Origin: Euprymna scolopes
Taxonomy: Eukaryota
Assembly: GCA_053919585.1 (NCBI GenBank)
Contig: CM132784.1
Direction: 5' to 3' (one strand)
DNA length: 64,000 nucleotides
Of the stretch, positions 1-12,906 are shown piece after piece (the stretch's first letter is position 1; each line of letters starts with the position of its first letter). The notes under the pieces were generated by a model. It was not told the DNA's origin. It worked only from the letters and a program-made list of their open reading frames with translations, and did no database searches. The position numbers were made by a program, and so were the translations under genes.

Positions 1-3000
1 GGATTCTCTCATCGAAGACGATGAATGAGGATTCAGTATACAATTTTCAGCAGCTTCTAAGCTCTGTGACATCGCATCTATAATTGCAATCCTGCAGACG
101 TCCAGCACACTCCTCTGCAGATGGTAAACTTGCATATGCTCGTCGGTCAAAGATGCTTCTTGAGTGAAAAGATAATCCTGCTTTGCTTCGGGCTTTGAAA
201 CCACAGTGGCATACATATTCATTTTTTCTGGGTGGAGTTTTCAGGTGCTTTGCCTTCATATTTGCACGAAGAGCGTCCCTATGACGATGGCGGTTATTTT
301 CAAATTCTCTAGTCCTTAAAAAACACATCTACTTCCATTCACTGCGATCCTCTGCTGCACTCTCCCAGGAGCTCAGAGAAATTTCACAACGCTTAAGGTT
401 GTCTTTTAGTTCATCCTTGTAACGAAGCAGGGGACGCCCTATTGGGCGGCAAGAATTTTTTAGTTGCCTATAAAAAAGGTTGCTTAGGAACTCTTGAGTC
501 ATCCATTCTCATAAGATGACCCGACCACCGCATTTGTCTCCTGATCAAAAATGATTCAATACCAGTGATTTCACATCTCTCCAGCAATTCACTCTTTGGA
601 ACACGATTCTACCATCCAACATTGCAAATAGAACACAGGCATCTCATATAGAAGGAATCAAGTTGAATTATATACTTGCGATACAAGGTCAAGGTTTCAG
701 CACAGAAGAGTAGGCAGAACAACAGATTTGTAGACTGCTACCTTCTCTTTTAGAGCCGCATCATGTCTGTTACAGAGTCTTTATCGCAACCTACTAAATG
801 CCTTACTAGCTTTACTGGTTCTACTGTGGATGTCCTTTTCAAATTTAGCATCATCAGACACAACAGATCCGAGGTAATGTAAAAAAAAAGATACGGTTTT
901 CAAAGCTTTACCCGCAACATATGTCATTGGGTTTAAAGAGGGTATATCATTTTGTTTCGGCTGGTGAATGAGTCTTTGTTATGCTAATTGTAAGACGGAA
1001 GGCCTTACGTGCATCAGAGAAGCTATTGAGGATGTTCTGCATGGCATCAAGATTTTGGGTGACAAGAGCACAGTCATCGGCATAAAAGAGATCAAGAACA
1101 GTCTGCACAGAAGTCCTGGTTTTGGCCTTGAACCGTTGCTGGTTAAATATTCGTCCACTTCACTAATGCTCAACGCGTACACCTCCCGAGGTGTTCCTGA
1201 AAGGTGTCTTTAGCATTACCCAAAAGAAAAAAGAGCAAATAGGATCGGGGCAAGGATATATCCTTGCTTAGTTCCATTTGACACTTTAAATGTTCAGAGC
1301 CAGATCGTACTTGTCGTCAGTGAAAGGAGACAATCACATTTAACATACCGAACCTCCTCAAAACAGTCCACAAGGCATCCTTGGAGACGGTATCAAATGC
1401 CTATGTAAGGTCAACGAATGAAACAACCAGGTCATTATTCTGATCCCTCGCTTTCTCGTGTAGTTGGCGCAGGCTTAAGATTATGTCCACAATGCTCCTT
1501 TCTGCTCTAAAACCATACTGGCTTTCTAGGAATAAAGTTTTACAAATTGAACCATTGTGTCTGTTTAAGATTGCACGAGCTAGAATCTTACCAGCAACAT
1601 ATAAAAGAGTAATTGCTCCATGGTTATCACACTCACACTTATTTCCTTTGTGCTTAAACAGGTGTATAACTGATGCTTTTTTGAACTGTTGTGGCACGGC
1701 ACCAAGTTCTCATATAAATGAAAACAGGGCACTTAGTTTCCTGATTAGCAGTTTGCTTCCACATTTGTATACTTGCGCAGGTATGTCGCGATCACCTGGA
1801 GCCTTACTATTTGAAAGTTGCTTCACAACCCATTCAATCTCCAACATGGATGAACAAGCAAGTTCCTCGATGATTGGCCTCTGAGGAATATCATCAATCA
1901 CTTCCCAATCCATTGTCGATTCTCTGTTTAAAATATTTGAAAAGTGTTCAGCCAAGCGCTTTGTAATTTATTTCTTATCAGTGAAGAGAATGCCATTCGA
2001 CAAAAATATTGGAGATGCCCCCTTGAAATGGGTTCAAACACCTCCTTGAGGTTTTGGTAGAATGATTTAAAATCACATTTATCCGCCACATCTTGTAAGG
2101 CCTTAGCTTTTAACTCCAACCACTTTTGTTTCATTTTCCGGAGCGGAGATTTTGACCACTCTAAAAGCCTTGTGTTTCACTGAAGAATTTTTGTCAGTAA
2201 TCCACACTTGATGGGTTTGATGCATGTTATTGAGCAAAGGGAGGATAGTTGGATAATTTTCATCAAACCAATCTTGGTTTTTCCTCCGCACATATTCTAA
2301 TGATTCTTTGCCAGAGTCATACAATGCAGTTTTAAACTCCCTCCAAGATGCACCAATGTCATTTCCACATACAATGGAGGACAGCTTTTCATCAGTAGCC
2401 TTTTGAAACGAGTGCATTGTCTCCCTAACCTTCAACTTGCCTACATCAATTCTCTTGAACGAATTACGTTGATTTCGAACAGGGCGTTTGGTTTTCATCC
2501 TGACTGTGAAGCAGATCAATGTATGATCTGACCAACATTCCCCGATATTGTAAGAGCGTGTAACATTTATATCTTGTCTATGAGAACGACGTACAATGAC
2601 ATAGTCAATGAGATGGTAATTATTAGACCGGGGATGCTTCCAACTGGATTTCTTGCCATTAGGCAGGTGAAACACTGTATTAGTGAGCAAAAGATCAAAT
2701 TCACTGCAAAGAGAAAATAAGAGAACACCGTTTGAGTTGACTTTACCAATTCTGTGTGAACCAATGACATTTCTCCAAAATTGTGTATCATTACCCACAC
2801 GAGTATTGAAGTCACACAGACCTTGTTCACGTAAAGACGAGTAAAACCTCTCTTTTAGCTCATCAGATGAATTAAGTGTAGATGCATGGCAACTCAAAAA
2901 TGTGGCATATTTGTCCTTTCCTACTGCAACGCGCAAGGACATAAGTCTGTCATTTATACTAACGGGCAGGGACTCAAGAATTTTGGTTATATCATTCCTG

Positions 3001-3980
3001 ATAGCAAAACCAACACCAGATTCACGTTTCTCAGAACTTGGTTTTCCAATCCAATAAAAAGTGAATCCACCTTCAACTTCGTCTAGCTGTCCTGCATCAA
3101 CAAACCTAGTTTCGGAAAAGGCTGCAACACACGTACAATGATAGCGGCTTTTCTTTCAGGTTTCTTTTTGTTATCTTGAAGTGTTCTTACATTCCAAATC
3201 GCAATGAACATATTTGTTCCATGTATTTTGTTTCTATTCTTGATTTGGATCCAAATATTGGATGCCCAGATATCTGCACCTGATGACAGGAACAAGAGCA
3301 AGTAAACAATTTATAGGTCATCTTTTATAGACCCCTCCCCATGAAGAGGAAAGCAGTGGCATCCTATAAAAAACTGCTTTGTTATGAAAGGAGGACGCGA
3401 GTCACACAATTACTTGCGGGTGTTGTGAAAAAAAGGCCATCTACCTTTCACCGCCTATGTGCAATGTTCATGTTAGGAACTACTAACGACATCGTTTACC
3501 TGTTTCCATCACAATCCTATCATCGCCACAGAATTTATTGTTATAAATTAAAATAAATAAAAAGAACACATATTGATGTGCCAAACCTTAAGCTTAAATG
3601 AGTGAAAATGGTTCACTGAACAACCGGCGCTTTCATTTGTTTAAATTGGTCATTGCTTGTGCTAAACAAAGCACTCTCCCTCTATCGAATTGACATGGTC
3701 TGTACAGTTGTACATTGTGTCACACGTCAGATGATATAAACGATCGCAGGATTTTCTTGTAAGAGTGTTCTATCTCCTAGATCAGTTGTGAGCCAACACT
3801 AAAGGGCCTGATCCAGCCTTGTAAGCTTTCTGTACGGCTGGGCACCATACCAGCTATTTCTTGGTTCTTGGCCCTTAGTGTTAGTTCACTCTGGTGGACA
3901 TTTCGCTCAGTGGTGCTGCACCAACACAGGCCCCCTCACAAGGTTTTGCAGACCTGCTGAGGCCAGTACTCAGGTAATAT
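1..3980 (-). mobile_element. Decayed, near full-length RTE-clade LINE (APE endonuclease + RT + C-terminal Cys/His motif)
   Basis: Collinear frameshifted ORF pieces: IAIWNVRTL (3083-3301); CDFNTRVG, HLIDYVIVR, WSDH, KNQDWFDEN (2103-2942); KAPGDRDIPAQVYK and ESQYGFRAERS...FVDLT (1401-1955); YVCHCGF...GLSFHSR (47-328). The 5' boundary is approximate. Confidence 0.9.
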
Positions 3981-4451
3981 TTCTTAGATGTAGCAAGTGA
4001 GAGATTTAGGAGATGAGTGATCTCTGNNNNNNNNNNNNNNNNNNNNNNNNNNNNNNNNNNNNNNNNNNNNNNNNNNNNNNNNNNNNNNNNNNNNNNNNNN
4101 NNNNNNNNNNNNNNNNNNNNNNNNNNNNNNNNNNNNNNNNNNNNNNNNNNNNNNNNATATACTTATTAGTATATAAATTTGAATATATAAAAATTCCAGT
4201 AATTGTCATAAAGCAATAAAATTAAAGTAAAACTCAATTATTTAAGCTTCATGATCATCAGTTTTCATAATCGAGCATGCATATAATATTTTCGCAAAAA
4301 TCAAGACAACAAAATATAAATGAGAAAATCTTCTTGCGCATTTTCTTATGCGCTACAAGTGTTTCATAACTGTTTGGAAATTTTAAATATCATATCATTT
4401 TAAAATATTCCAAAACAGCTACTCATCAGACGGCAAAATACACTATTTATA

Positions 4452-6112
4452 TTAGGTTGGTGCAAAAACAATATCGTTTCTCACATATGTTACTTTTATA
4501 TATGACTAGCCTGGGTGCCCGACGTTGCCCGGGTGTTTGGAAGTGTGTTTTGAGCAAAAAAAAAAAAGTGGTAGTAGGCAGGCAGTCTCGAACCTGTACC
4601 GCGAATAAGGAAAAAGCGGGAAAAATAAAAATAAAAACAGGACGTCTTTGCTATTGCGCCCATCACCAAACCGGAAGTGACGTAGGTTTAAAGTAAGGCT
4701 AGTCAATCGAAAAGAGGGGATGACTTTCGAAAATATCGGCGACAATCTGACCCATCCCTATAGATAAAGTGCCCAGTTAAAGGCGAAGGAATTAATATTT
4801 TGAGCGAATTTTTCGATATTTGTCGTCCGAAAATTCGAGCTTAAAAACGATACCGATCTCGTGAAAATCCGTCGCCTCTGTCGGAAGTTTTAGACATACA
4901 TACATACATTTAAACAGACAGATGATATTTATATTATAGATTTCTGAATTTTTTCATGGATGTATATATAGCCATATTATACATTTTGAGGCTCATTTTT
5001 CGCTCTATCTAATCGAAATTCGTTATCGTTCTCTTCATTCATTTTCTGCAGGCTTTTCGACAGCACGATTTTCTTGTTTCAGTTTAAACTAGGCCGAAAA
5101 GCTGTCGAGACAGCTCGTGATATCAATGATGGATTTGACACAGGAACGTGTGGCACAACGGTGATTCAAGAAATTTCGAAATGTTAACAAGAGCCTCGAA
5201 AATGAAGACGGTCGCGACCGCTGAAAGCGGTTGATAACATTTAAAAGCCTTAATTGAAGCCGATCCTCGCAAAACCATACGAGAAGTTGCTGTTGAAACC
5301 GAGGTCGACCGCTTAACAGTCGTTCGCCATTTAAAGCAAGCAAGGAAGTAATAAAAAAAGGGTAGATAAATGGGTGCTGCATGAATTGAATGATAATTTA
5401 AAAAAAAAAATCATCGTTTTGTGCAACAAAAAAGACCCATTTCTTGAGCGAATTGTGACGTGTGATGACAATTGGATTTTCTACAACAACCGGCGACGTT
5501 CGGCACAAGGTTGGATGATGGAGAAGCTCCACAACACTTTCCGAAGCCGAAATTGCACACAAAAAAGATTACAATGACTGTTTGGTGGTCTGCGGCCGGT
5601 TTCATCCATCACAGCTGCTTGAATGCGGGCGAAACGATTACGACGGAGAAGTACTGACGACAAATTGATGAAATGCACCAGAAGCTCCAACGTATGTGCC
5701 CGAGATTGGTCAATATGAAGCGACCAATTCTCCTCCATGACAACGCTCGTCGGCATGTTGCTTAATTGACCCCGCAGAAGCTTAACGAATTGGGCTACGA
5801 GACTCTGCTTCATCCGCCATATTCACCGGACCTCTCGCCAACCGATTATCACCTTTTTTCAAGCATCTCGACAACTTTTTTGCGAAAAATACTTCAAAAG
5901 CCGAAATGATGCCGAATCGGCCTTCAATGACTTTATCGCTTCCAGAATTCCAGATTTCTATGCTAATGAGATAAATAAACTTGTTTCTCGTTGTAAAAAA
6001 AATGTGTCGATTCTAATGGTTCTTATTTCAATTTATAAAGTTTATTATGAAAGGAGTTATGATCTTTTGAATTTGAATGTCAAAAAACGACATTATTTTT
6101 GCATCAACCTAA
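4452..6112 (+). mobile_element. Mariner (DD34D) DNA transposon with decayed transposase, interrupted by a Helitron
   Basis: TIRs ttaggttggtgcaaaaa (4452) and tttttgcatcaacctaa (6112), each flanked by TA. Motifs WVLHEL, RIVTCDDNW, LHDNAR and HPPYSPDLSPTDYH across frameshifts. About 1.23 kb once the insert is removed. Confidence 0.93.
4506..4940 (-). mobile_element. Non-autonomous Helitron (family A, short form) nested in the mariner
   Basis: On the minus strand it starts TCTATAATATAAA and ends with hairpin cccgggcaacgtcggg followed by CTAG. Inserted between A4505 and T4941 with no TSD. Homologous to the copies at 18747, 19652 and 26058. Confidence 0.88.
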
Positions 6113-6129
6113 TATATGCGAGCTGTGAT

Positions 6130-6436
6130 TCCATTTGTCTCTTTAAGTGTTTTCTTCATAGGCATGTCTAGGTGTTTTCGTGCGTCTCGTCCCTCTTCAA
6201 TCTTATAAAGTGTCCACGTGGCTGTTTCTCATCCCACTTTTATTTTCTCATCTTTCTGCTTGCAGTTTCGCTATTTCTTATATTGTTCATTTTGGGGATG
6301 CTATTTGCTGCAATGCTCAGCCTTTCTGTGTTCTGGATTATGAATTTTCCAGTTATTTCAACTTACCTGCGATTTGTCAGCATAACCTGATTATGCTAGT
6401 TGGTTTCCGCGCTCGAGCACTTTTCTGAAATTTCAG

Positions 6437-6494
<58 letters not shown>

Positions 6495-6790
6495 GGAGTT
6501 TTCACACCGGCCATAATCAAAGATGTCTCCTTGAAAACGACCAGTGATATTCCCTGGAGTCTGAGTGACAAGTCTTTTCGGATTTTCAGTACTTTCCATC
6601 TCTTTCGATACATCTTGCAAATAAACTTGCGTCATCACCACATGTGTTTACCATTGATTTCTCGTTGGCAACGACCATCGGTTTTCACTGAAATTTGAGT
6701 GTCAATATCCTTTTCAGCTCTGTGTAACCTGTGTATTTGTCAACGAAGGTTCCAGACTTCCAATGCTTTTATTGTCATGGAAATTGCCTA
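6130..6790 (-). mobile_element. Dong/R4-like retrotransposon fragments around a (TTA)n tract
   Basis: ggagtctgagtgacaagtc (about 6556) matches the reverse complement of the 3'-end sequence at about 46045-46070. (TTA)n at 6438-6494 lies at the 3' end. Confidence 0.55.
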
Positions 6791-7360
6791 TTTTTCAATA
6801 AAATCGATTGATGGCCTGTTCTAGTCGGGGACCCGCCGCAGCGCACTAAGAAGAATCTTTACATGCCTCCCTATAGTGACTTAGTTCATAGTACAGTGTA
6901 GTCTACATTGCAGAACCTACTGTTGATTTTATAGAATCGTGTTTATATATAATGGCTTGAATTGAAGTTTAAATCGCAAAAGTCAAGTATCATGGTTTAA
7001 TTGTGTTCTAAACAGAAAAATTCGTTGCGAACGCACCCCTGTCTTATCAAAGGACATACGGTTGCTTTCATACACCGGACTTCTGCTTGTGCGTTGATAT
7101 AACTTCTCAAATGCACTTGTGATGTTACATTGAATAAGAGGGTTAACTTTGGTCAAGATCTGACTTTAGTCGAATCTTTTCTATTATCGATTGACTGTTC
7201 TTTCTTTAATCAAATCTTTTCTATTATCGATTTTCGATACTTATCGGAGTTATTCCGAAACAAAATCTATCAAAGAACACTTCCAGATACATAAAGTGCG
7301 ACATTAAAAAAAAAAATCAGCCCAACCATTTCGGAGTCCATAGGAACTCTCTATCCCCCC

Positions 7361-7401
<41 letters not shown>

Positions 7402-7839
7402 CACACACACAGACACACACAAACAAACAAAATGCTTTTTATATCTAGGTAGAGATTATTAACAAGCAGAGCTCACTAGAGATGTTGTTATTGTTATATA
7501 GTTGTTGTTGTTGTTGTTGATGTTTGTGCTGCTATCTTTCTAGTTATTTGTCCTTACATTGCAAAATAATTGTAGATATGAAGATATAGGGGGGGGGGAG
7601 TGAGCAAAACGTTGGAGAAGGAAAGACGGTCGCGGGAAGAATGGGTGGGATCGGCATCCGTCAGGGATGACGTCATTTGTTGGAGGGCGGTGGTGGGTTG
7701 TTGCTGTTGTTGTTGTTATTGGTGTTTGGGTAAAAGTCTGGTTCAAAATGTCTGCCGTGAAAGGAAGAAGCCAGAATTGTAAACATTTTTTCCATTCATT
7801 TATTAGATGTGTCCTTGAAACTCTCTGTAACGTTTTGTC

Positions 7840-8195
7840 CGTCAGTCGGTCGGTCGATCTAACACAATTCCGCTTGAAATAGCATTTCATGCTTCAGTAT
7901 AAATAGCATTTTTATTAGTCTGTCAAGTATCAGTTTGAAATAACATGTTCGTTGGTTTGTCACATTTCAGTTTGAAATAGTATTTTTATTTGTCTGTCAC
8001 CCTTCAGTTTTAGATAGCATTTTCATTGCTGAGCTCCCAAATAGCACGGGCGCATTTTATTTCATTTTAAATTTCGAAAAATGCCGTCTCGTTCAATTTT
8101 GAAACAAATATTTTCATCGGTCTGTCACGCTTAATTTTTTAAAAGCATTTTGATCGATCTGTCACACTTTTGTTTGAAATAGCATTTTCATAGGC
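7840..8195. repeat. Degenerate ~40-bp tandem repeat (gtctgtcacNNttcagtttgaaatagcatttt)
   Basis: About 8 diverged units, with further isolated units near 9130-9165 and 10520-10575. Confidence 0.7.
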
Positions 8196-8479
8196 AGATG
8201 TTCAGATTGAATGGGCGCATCTTATTTTAGTTAGGATCAGAAATTTTTGTTAGGAGGCTCTATCTGTCAGTAAGTTGGTCACGCTTAAAAACAAGGTTTC
8301 TATCTCTAAACTCTACGATTGAAAAGACGTATTTTATTTTAGAAGTGTGAAAGCATTTGTATAAAAGGCTGTGTCCGTCAGCCAGTCATTTAAGTTTGTA
8401 ATAGCAATTTTAATAGTATATCACGCTTTTAAAAAGTTATTTTTCGCCCTAAATAAGGTATATGGCCATCTGAATATAA

Positions 8480-9050
8480 GAAGCTATTATTTGGGATCAT
8501 GTCTAACAAGGGATGGCAAGGGGTTGAGTAGTAATATATTTGTTCATATTATATTTAAACTTCCGCAGGTTAGTAAAGTCGGAGGGAATTCCAAAGTCTA
8601 GCAATCCGAGAGAAGAAAATATTTGCGTAGAAGGCTTTCCGGCACATAGGGACCTCAACAGTGAAGGGGTGGAGTTTTACTGTTTGTCGCGTTAGTTGGA
8701 TGTATGTACGTCCTGGGCGCACAAGTACTATGAGGCCATCAGAACATATCAGGCACAGGGATGCAATAATTTGCGACGATGGGACAGAGGTTGGAGCTTT
8801 ATCGATAATGCGGGATTTATTAGAGTTGAGACTCTTTATTTGGACCCTAAGAGTGAAATACTGTTGGTAGATGTACTCGCCCAGATGTGGCAACAGTATT
8901 TTATGCATGAGTGAATTGTAGCCTTGTAAAAATATAGGATATTCACAGGTGTGAGTAATTTTTTTGCACGATAGTGGAAGCCCACTTTCTTTGCAGCAGT
9001 CTTGGCAATGTCCTAAATGTATTATTCAAATTCATGTTGCCTGTGAAGTT
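8480..9050 (-). mobile_element. 5'-truncated CR1/Zenon-type LINE 3' fragment
   Basis: HPFTVEVPMCRKAFYANIFFSRIARLWNSL aligns by eye to the C-terminus of the 969-aa ORF at 36555-39464. Confidence 0.85.
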
Positions 9051-9339
9051 TCAGATCTCATTTTTGTTTTAAATTTTAAATAAACTTTCGTGGTTCGGTC
9101 ATTTTTAAGTATTAAGTATAATGTTCGTTGGTCTGTCACACTTAAATTTAGAATAGAGCTTTTCGCAGTTCGTATCACTGGCTTCCCTTATTTTGTCATT
9201 TTAATCGTCACATTTCAGAAGCAATATTTCTGACAAAGGCGGAGGAATTTCTGTTTTCTTGATCGGAATATACTCAGCTAACACTTATCGCTGGCCAGTT
9301 TAGCTCCTTCCATCAGGTGGCCTCATGCCTTGTCTGACA

Positions 9340-10040
9340 GTGATTTCCATAAAAAAGAACACAGAAAAGACGTTGCGAACCTATCTCTGCTTTATCGTTA
9401 TTTTCACGGCAGGTGCTCGATTAAGATTCACTCTACTCCCCCCCCCTAAAAACATTCATTGCAAACACTCGCCTAGCTACAATTACAACCAGCAGTTTCC
9501 CCTATTCGCTATGTGTACCTAAAAACCAAACGAAAATTCCATGAGAAAATTCCTTCCACGTAAAACAGCCACTCTGTGGAACACAATACCGCAGAGCTGC
9601 TTTCCAGCTGACTATAACATGGTTATTATCAAGTCCAACTCCGACTGGAGAGTTTATTCCCGTCTCTTAAAACCATCAGGCCATTCCCGTAATCGTCTGG
9701 TTCCTGTTGATTGCGGTGTAATGCTGGTTCTTTGCAGTTCTAAGAGATCCTCGCTCCCAGGCTTTGTCTTCTCTCTCTGAGATGAGAAGAGGTTAGTTTA
9801 TTGCTACTCGCCTGAAGCGCCCTTACAGAGAAATGAACATTTTGCAAATCAGAGGCGGCGCTGACTTCTCAGTCCCACTTTCCGACCCTGGTGTTACAAT
9901 TCTTACATTGGAAGACAACTAAATACCCCATCACCACCACCGATAATTAGTGTGTTGACTTATCTGACACTTAATAACGCTTATCATTGAGTGGCTTCTA
10001 CTCCTTGATAAGTAGTGATTCGATTGTAAAAAAAAAAAGA
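9340..10040 (+). mobile_element. CR1/Zenon-type LINE 3' fragment with A-tail (second subfamily)
   Basis: FLPRKTATLWNTIPQSCFPADYNM; the 3' UTR cttatc...gataagtagtg is followed by poly(A) at about 10028-10040. Confidence 0.7.
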
Positions 10041-10057
10041 AAGAGCCTTTATGGGTC

Positions 10058-10400
10058 TTTTTATTTTTTATTTTTACAAAGGAGTTACCACTTATCAAGG
10101 CCCGGAGGCTACTCGAGGATAAGGGTTAATAGGTGTACAATAGTCAATGAGAAAATATCGTAGGAATCGTTAGTAGTGAAAATTTGGTGAATTGGGTTAC
10201 TTAAGAGGATGGCTCATCGAGAATTTGTTCACGTTGGACTTGAAGACAATCATATTGTAGTCAGTTGGAAAGCAGGAAAACGGAACAGAGTTCCACAGGC
10301 GTGCAGTTCTAAGAAAGAAGAAAAATTCCGATATATCAGGCAACTGCTCACGATAAAATACTGCCGACCTAGAATACAGCTTTTCTTCTCCCTTTGTCAG
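10058..10400 (-). mobile_element. CR1/Zenon-type LINE 3' fragment (second subfamily), tail-to-tail with the previous copy
   Basis: FFLRTARLWNSVPFSCFPTDYNMIVFKSNVNK; same 3' UTR. Further 3'-UTR pieces at about 10900-10950, 29445-29485, 35655-35850 and 58388-58450. Confidence 0.8.
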
Positions 10401-11339
10401 AAAAATCACTCGTTCTAAACGCGAACTGAGAAACAAATTAGGAGAAGCAAGAGTTACGGGAAAATGCATTGTCTACATTAAAAACAAATAATAATATTAA
10501 TTATTCTAGTTGTAATGACCAAGTTTTAGGTAGCATTTTCATCTGTCTATTAGGTGTGAGTTTGTAACAGCATCTTAATCACTAAACGCGCAGAATGCAC
10601 GGACGTATATTTAGTATGTGAGTTGTTGTTGATCGTGAGTTCGGTTTTCGAGCTGGAAATGGGATTAGAGGAGCTGGAGTGGGTGGGGAAAGGAGAAGGA
10701 TTGTAGAGACGCCCAAAATAAAAAAAAAAAAAAAAAAAAAGAAAGAAGAGGAAGCAAAGCTCGTTTGCAGGGCGTTTTTTTTTTTCTTTTAATAAAATTC
10801 TTTTTTTTTTTGCAAGGGGGGAAGGTGGTCTTCTAAGAAATTATTTCTGAATTCACTTAATGCATTATTTATCTATTTTGTTAATAACGTTTTATACAAG
10901 TGAGTCACCGCTTATGAAGGCCTAGAATACAATCGAGGATAAGAGTTAACGAGATTACCAGTTGGATGATGAACAGTGTGATGAGAGGATTGAAAACAAA
11001 ACGATGAATCAAATATAAAAAATATTGGTTAGTCATGAAAGTAGTCCAGTAAGTATTTATTAACATTAGACTTGAATACGATCATACTGTAATCAGCAGG
11101 GAAGCAATCTCATGGCAATGTTTTGTGTTGCAAAGGTGAGAAGTCCTTGGAAAGACACTCTGTTCATGGAAATTCTGTTTGGTTTTAAGCGCACGGAGGA
11201 AAAGGGTGTTTTTATTTTTAGGGGTGATAATAAGAGTGATTGCTGTAAATGTTTCATAGGGAACAACTAAAGAATGGGGTTCAATCGGATACCTTCCATT
11301 AAAATAACAAGTGAGTAGAGGAAGAATTTTGTTATTTAA

Positions 11340-12335
11340 GTTTTTATGTTTTTTAAAAAATATTTTCCTTCTGTTTATTTTTTGTTTCTTTCTCTTTCGT
11401 TCTTCTTTCCTTCTTTTCTTTCTCCCTTCATTTTTCCTTTTTCTTCCTTCGCTTGCTTTTCTGACCGTTTTTGATATTTGTTCTTTCCTTCTTTTTGTTT
11501 GATTTCATTTTTTTTTATTCTCCTTTCTTTTATTCATTCATTTATTCTATTTTTTTTTTTTACTTTTAAAACTCTTATCCTTGCTCATTTTAATAATTAA
11601 AAAATATCTTTTTCGACCTATCACGCTCAAGTTGCAAATGCATTTCTCTCTTTTTCTTCTTTTCTTTTCCAAAATATATTCCTTGTTTTGTTTCTTTAAT
11701 TTTTTCATTATTTCTTAAAAGATATATACCAGGTTTCGCACTTTCTTAATTTCTTTCTTTTATTGGCAGAAAGAAAATTTCCTTTCTTTCTTTTTTATTT
11801 TATTCTTTCCTTTCTTTGTTTATTCATTTATTTCGTTTAGCATTTCCCCTCGTTTTAATTGTTTCATTCTTTCACCTCGTCTCCTTTGTTTCTTTTTTCT
11901 TTCCCCCTTTCTTCCTCATAAACTTATTTTTCTTTTTACTTTTACTAAATTTCTCCATTCCGCCGATATTTCTCCCTTTCTTCCCGTTTTAATTTGTTTG
12001 TTTATTTATTTCGTTTATTTCATTTATCATTTTCAAGTTTTTACGTTTAATCTGTTTTTTCTTTTTTCTTTCTTTCATTCTTTCTTCCGTTTATTTTTTC
12101 TTTCTTATTATCTTCATTTTTCTCTTCTTTTCTTTCTCATATATTTATTCTTCTTATAAAAAAATTAATTTTCTCCCTTTTCTTTCATCCTTTTTTCTTT
12201 CTTTCATTCTTATTTCTTTCTATCGTCCTTTTCTTTCTTTGTTTCGCTCTTCTTCTTTTATTTTATATCTTCCTGATCAGAGTTTCTTATGCTAGTATAC
12301 TTATTCTTCTAAACTGCAGTTTTATCTTTCTTTAG
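11340..12335 (+). repeat. ~1 kb T/C-rich low-complexity tract
   Basis: Base composition seen directly. Confidence 0.9.
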
Positions 12336-12906
12336 GTCACCCTTATGTCAAAAGCCACCGTGATAACAAATCCGGTTTGTTTAACTGATGAACTACCCAC
12401 ACGCGCATTCATTGCGTCATTAACTCTCAATTGTTTTCCGCGTACTGAGAAATACAAAATTAGTTTAGCATCTGCTACTTAAGCTAATTTAAAAAACAAT
12501 GTACGCTTAAGACAAACAAATTGTAATGTAAGAGTTATCTCCCTTCAAACGGCTGAATATGAGTCAAATGTCTGAATGTGAAATATATGTGTTACTATAG
12601 CTTGCCGAGGAGTGTAACTTGACGTGTCAGTGGGGACGTTTCTGGAACGGCTGTTACGTTCTGTGAACAACAATCAGCTCTCCAGGTGTTAGACAATCAA
12701 CAGACGATAAACGTTCCTTACATCAACGATAGGCACATCCCTTTTTTAAATCAAAGTGTTGGCATGTCTGTTGCGTTATCGAATGTATATATAATTTTCT
12801 AGATTTCAAATGCTTGCTAAATCAGATATACACCTGACAATTCTTTTGTCGTTGTTCTTAAAATCAACACGGAGACGAATTTGTCAGCATAGAAATTTAT
12901 TTACAA

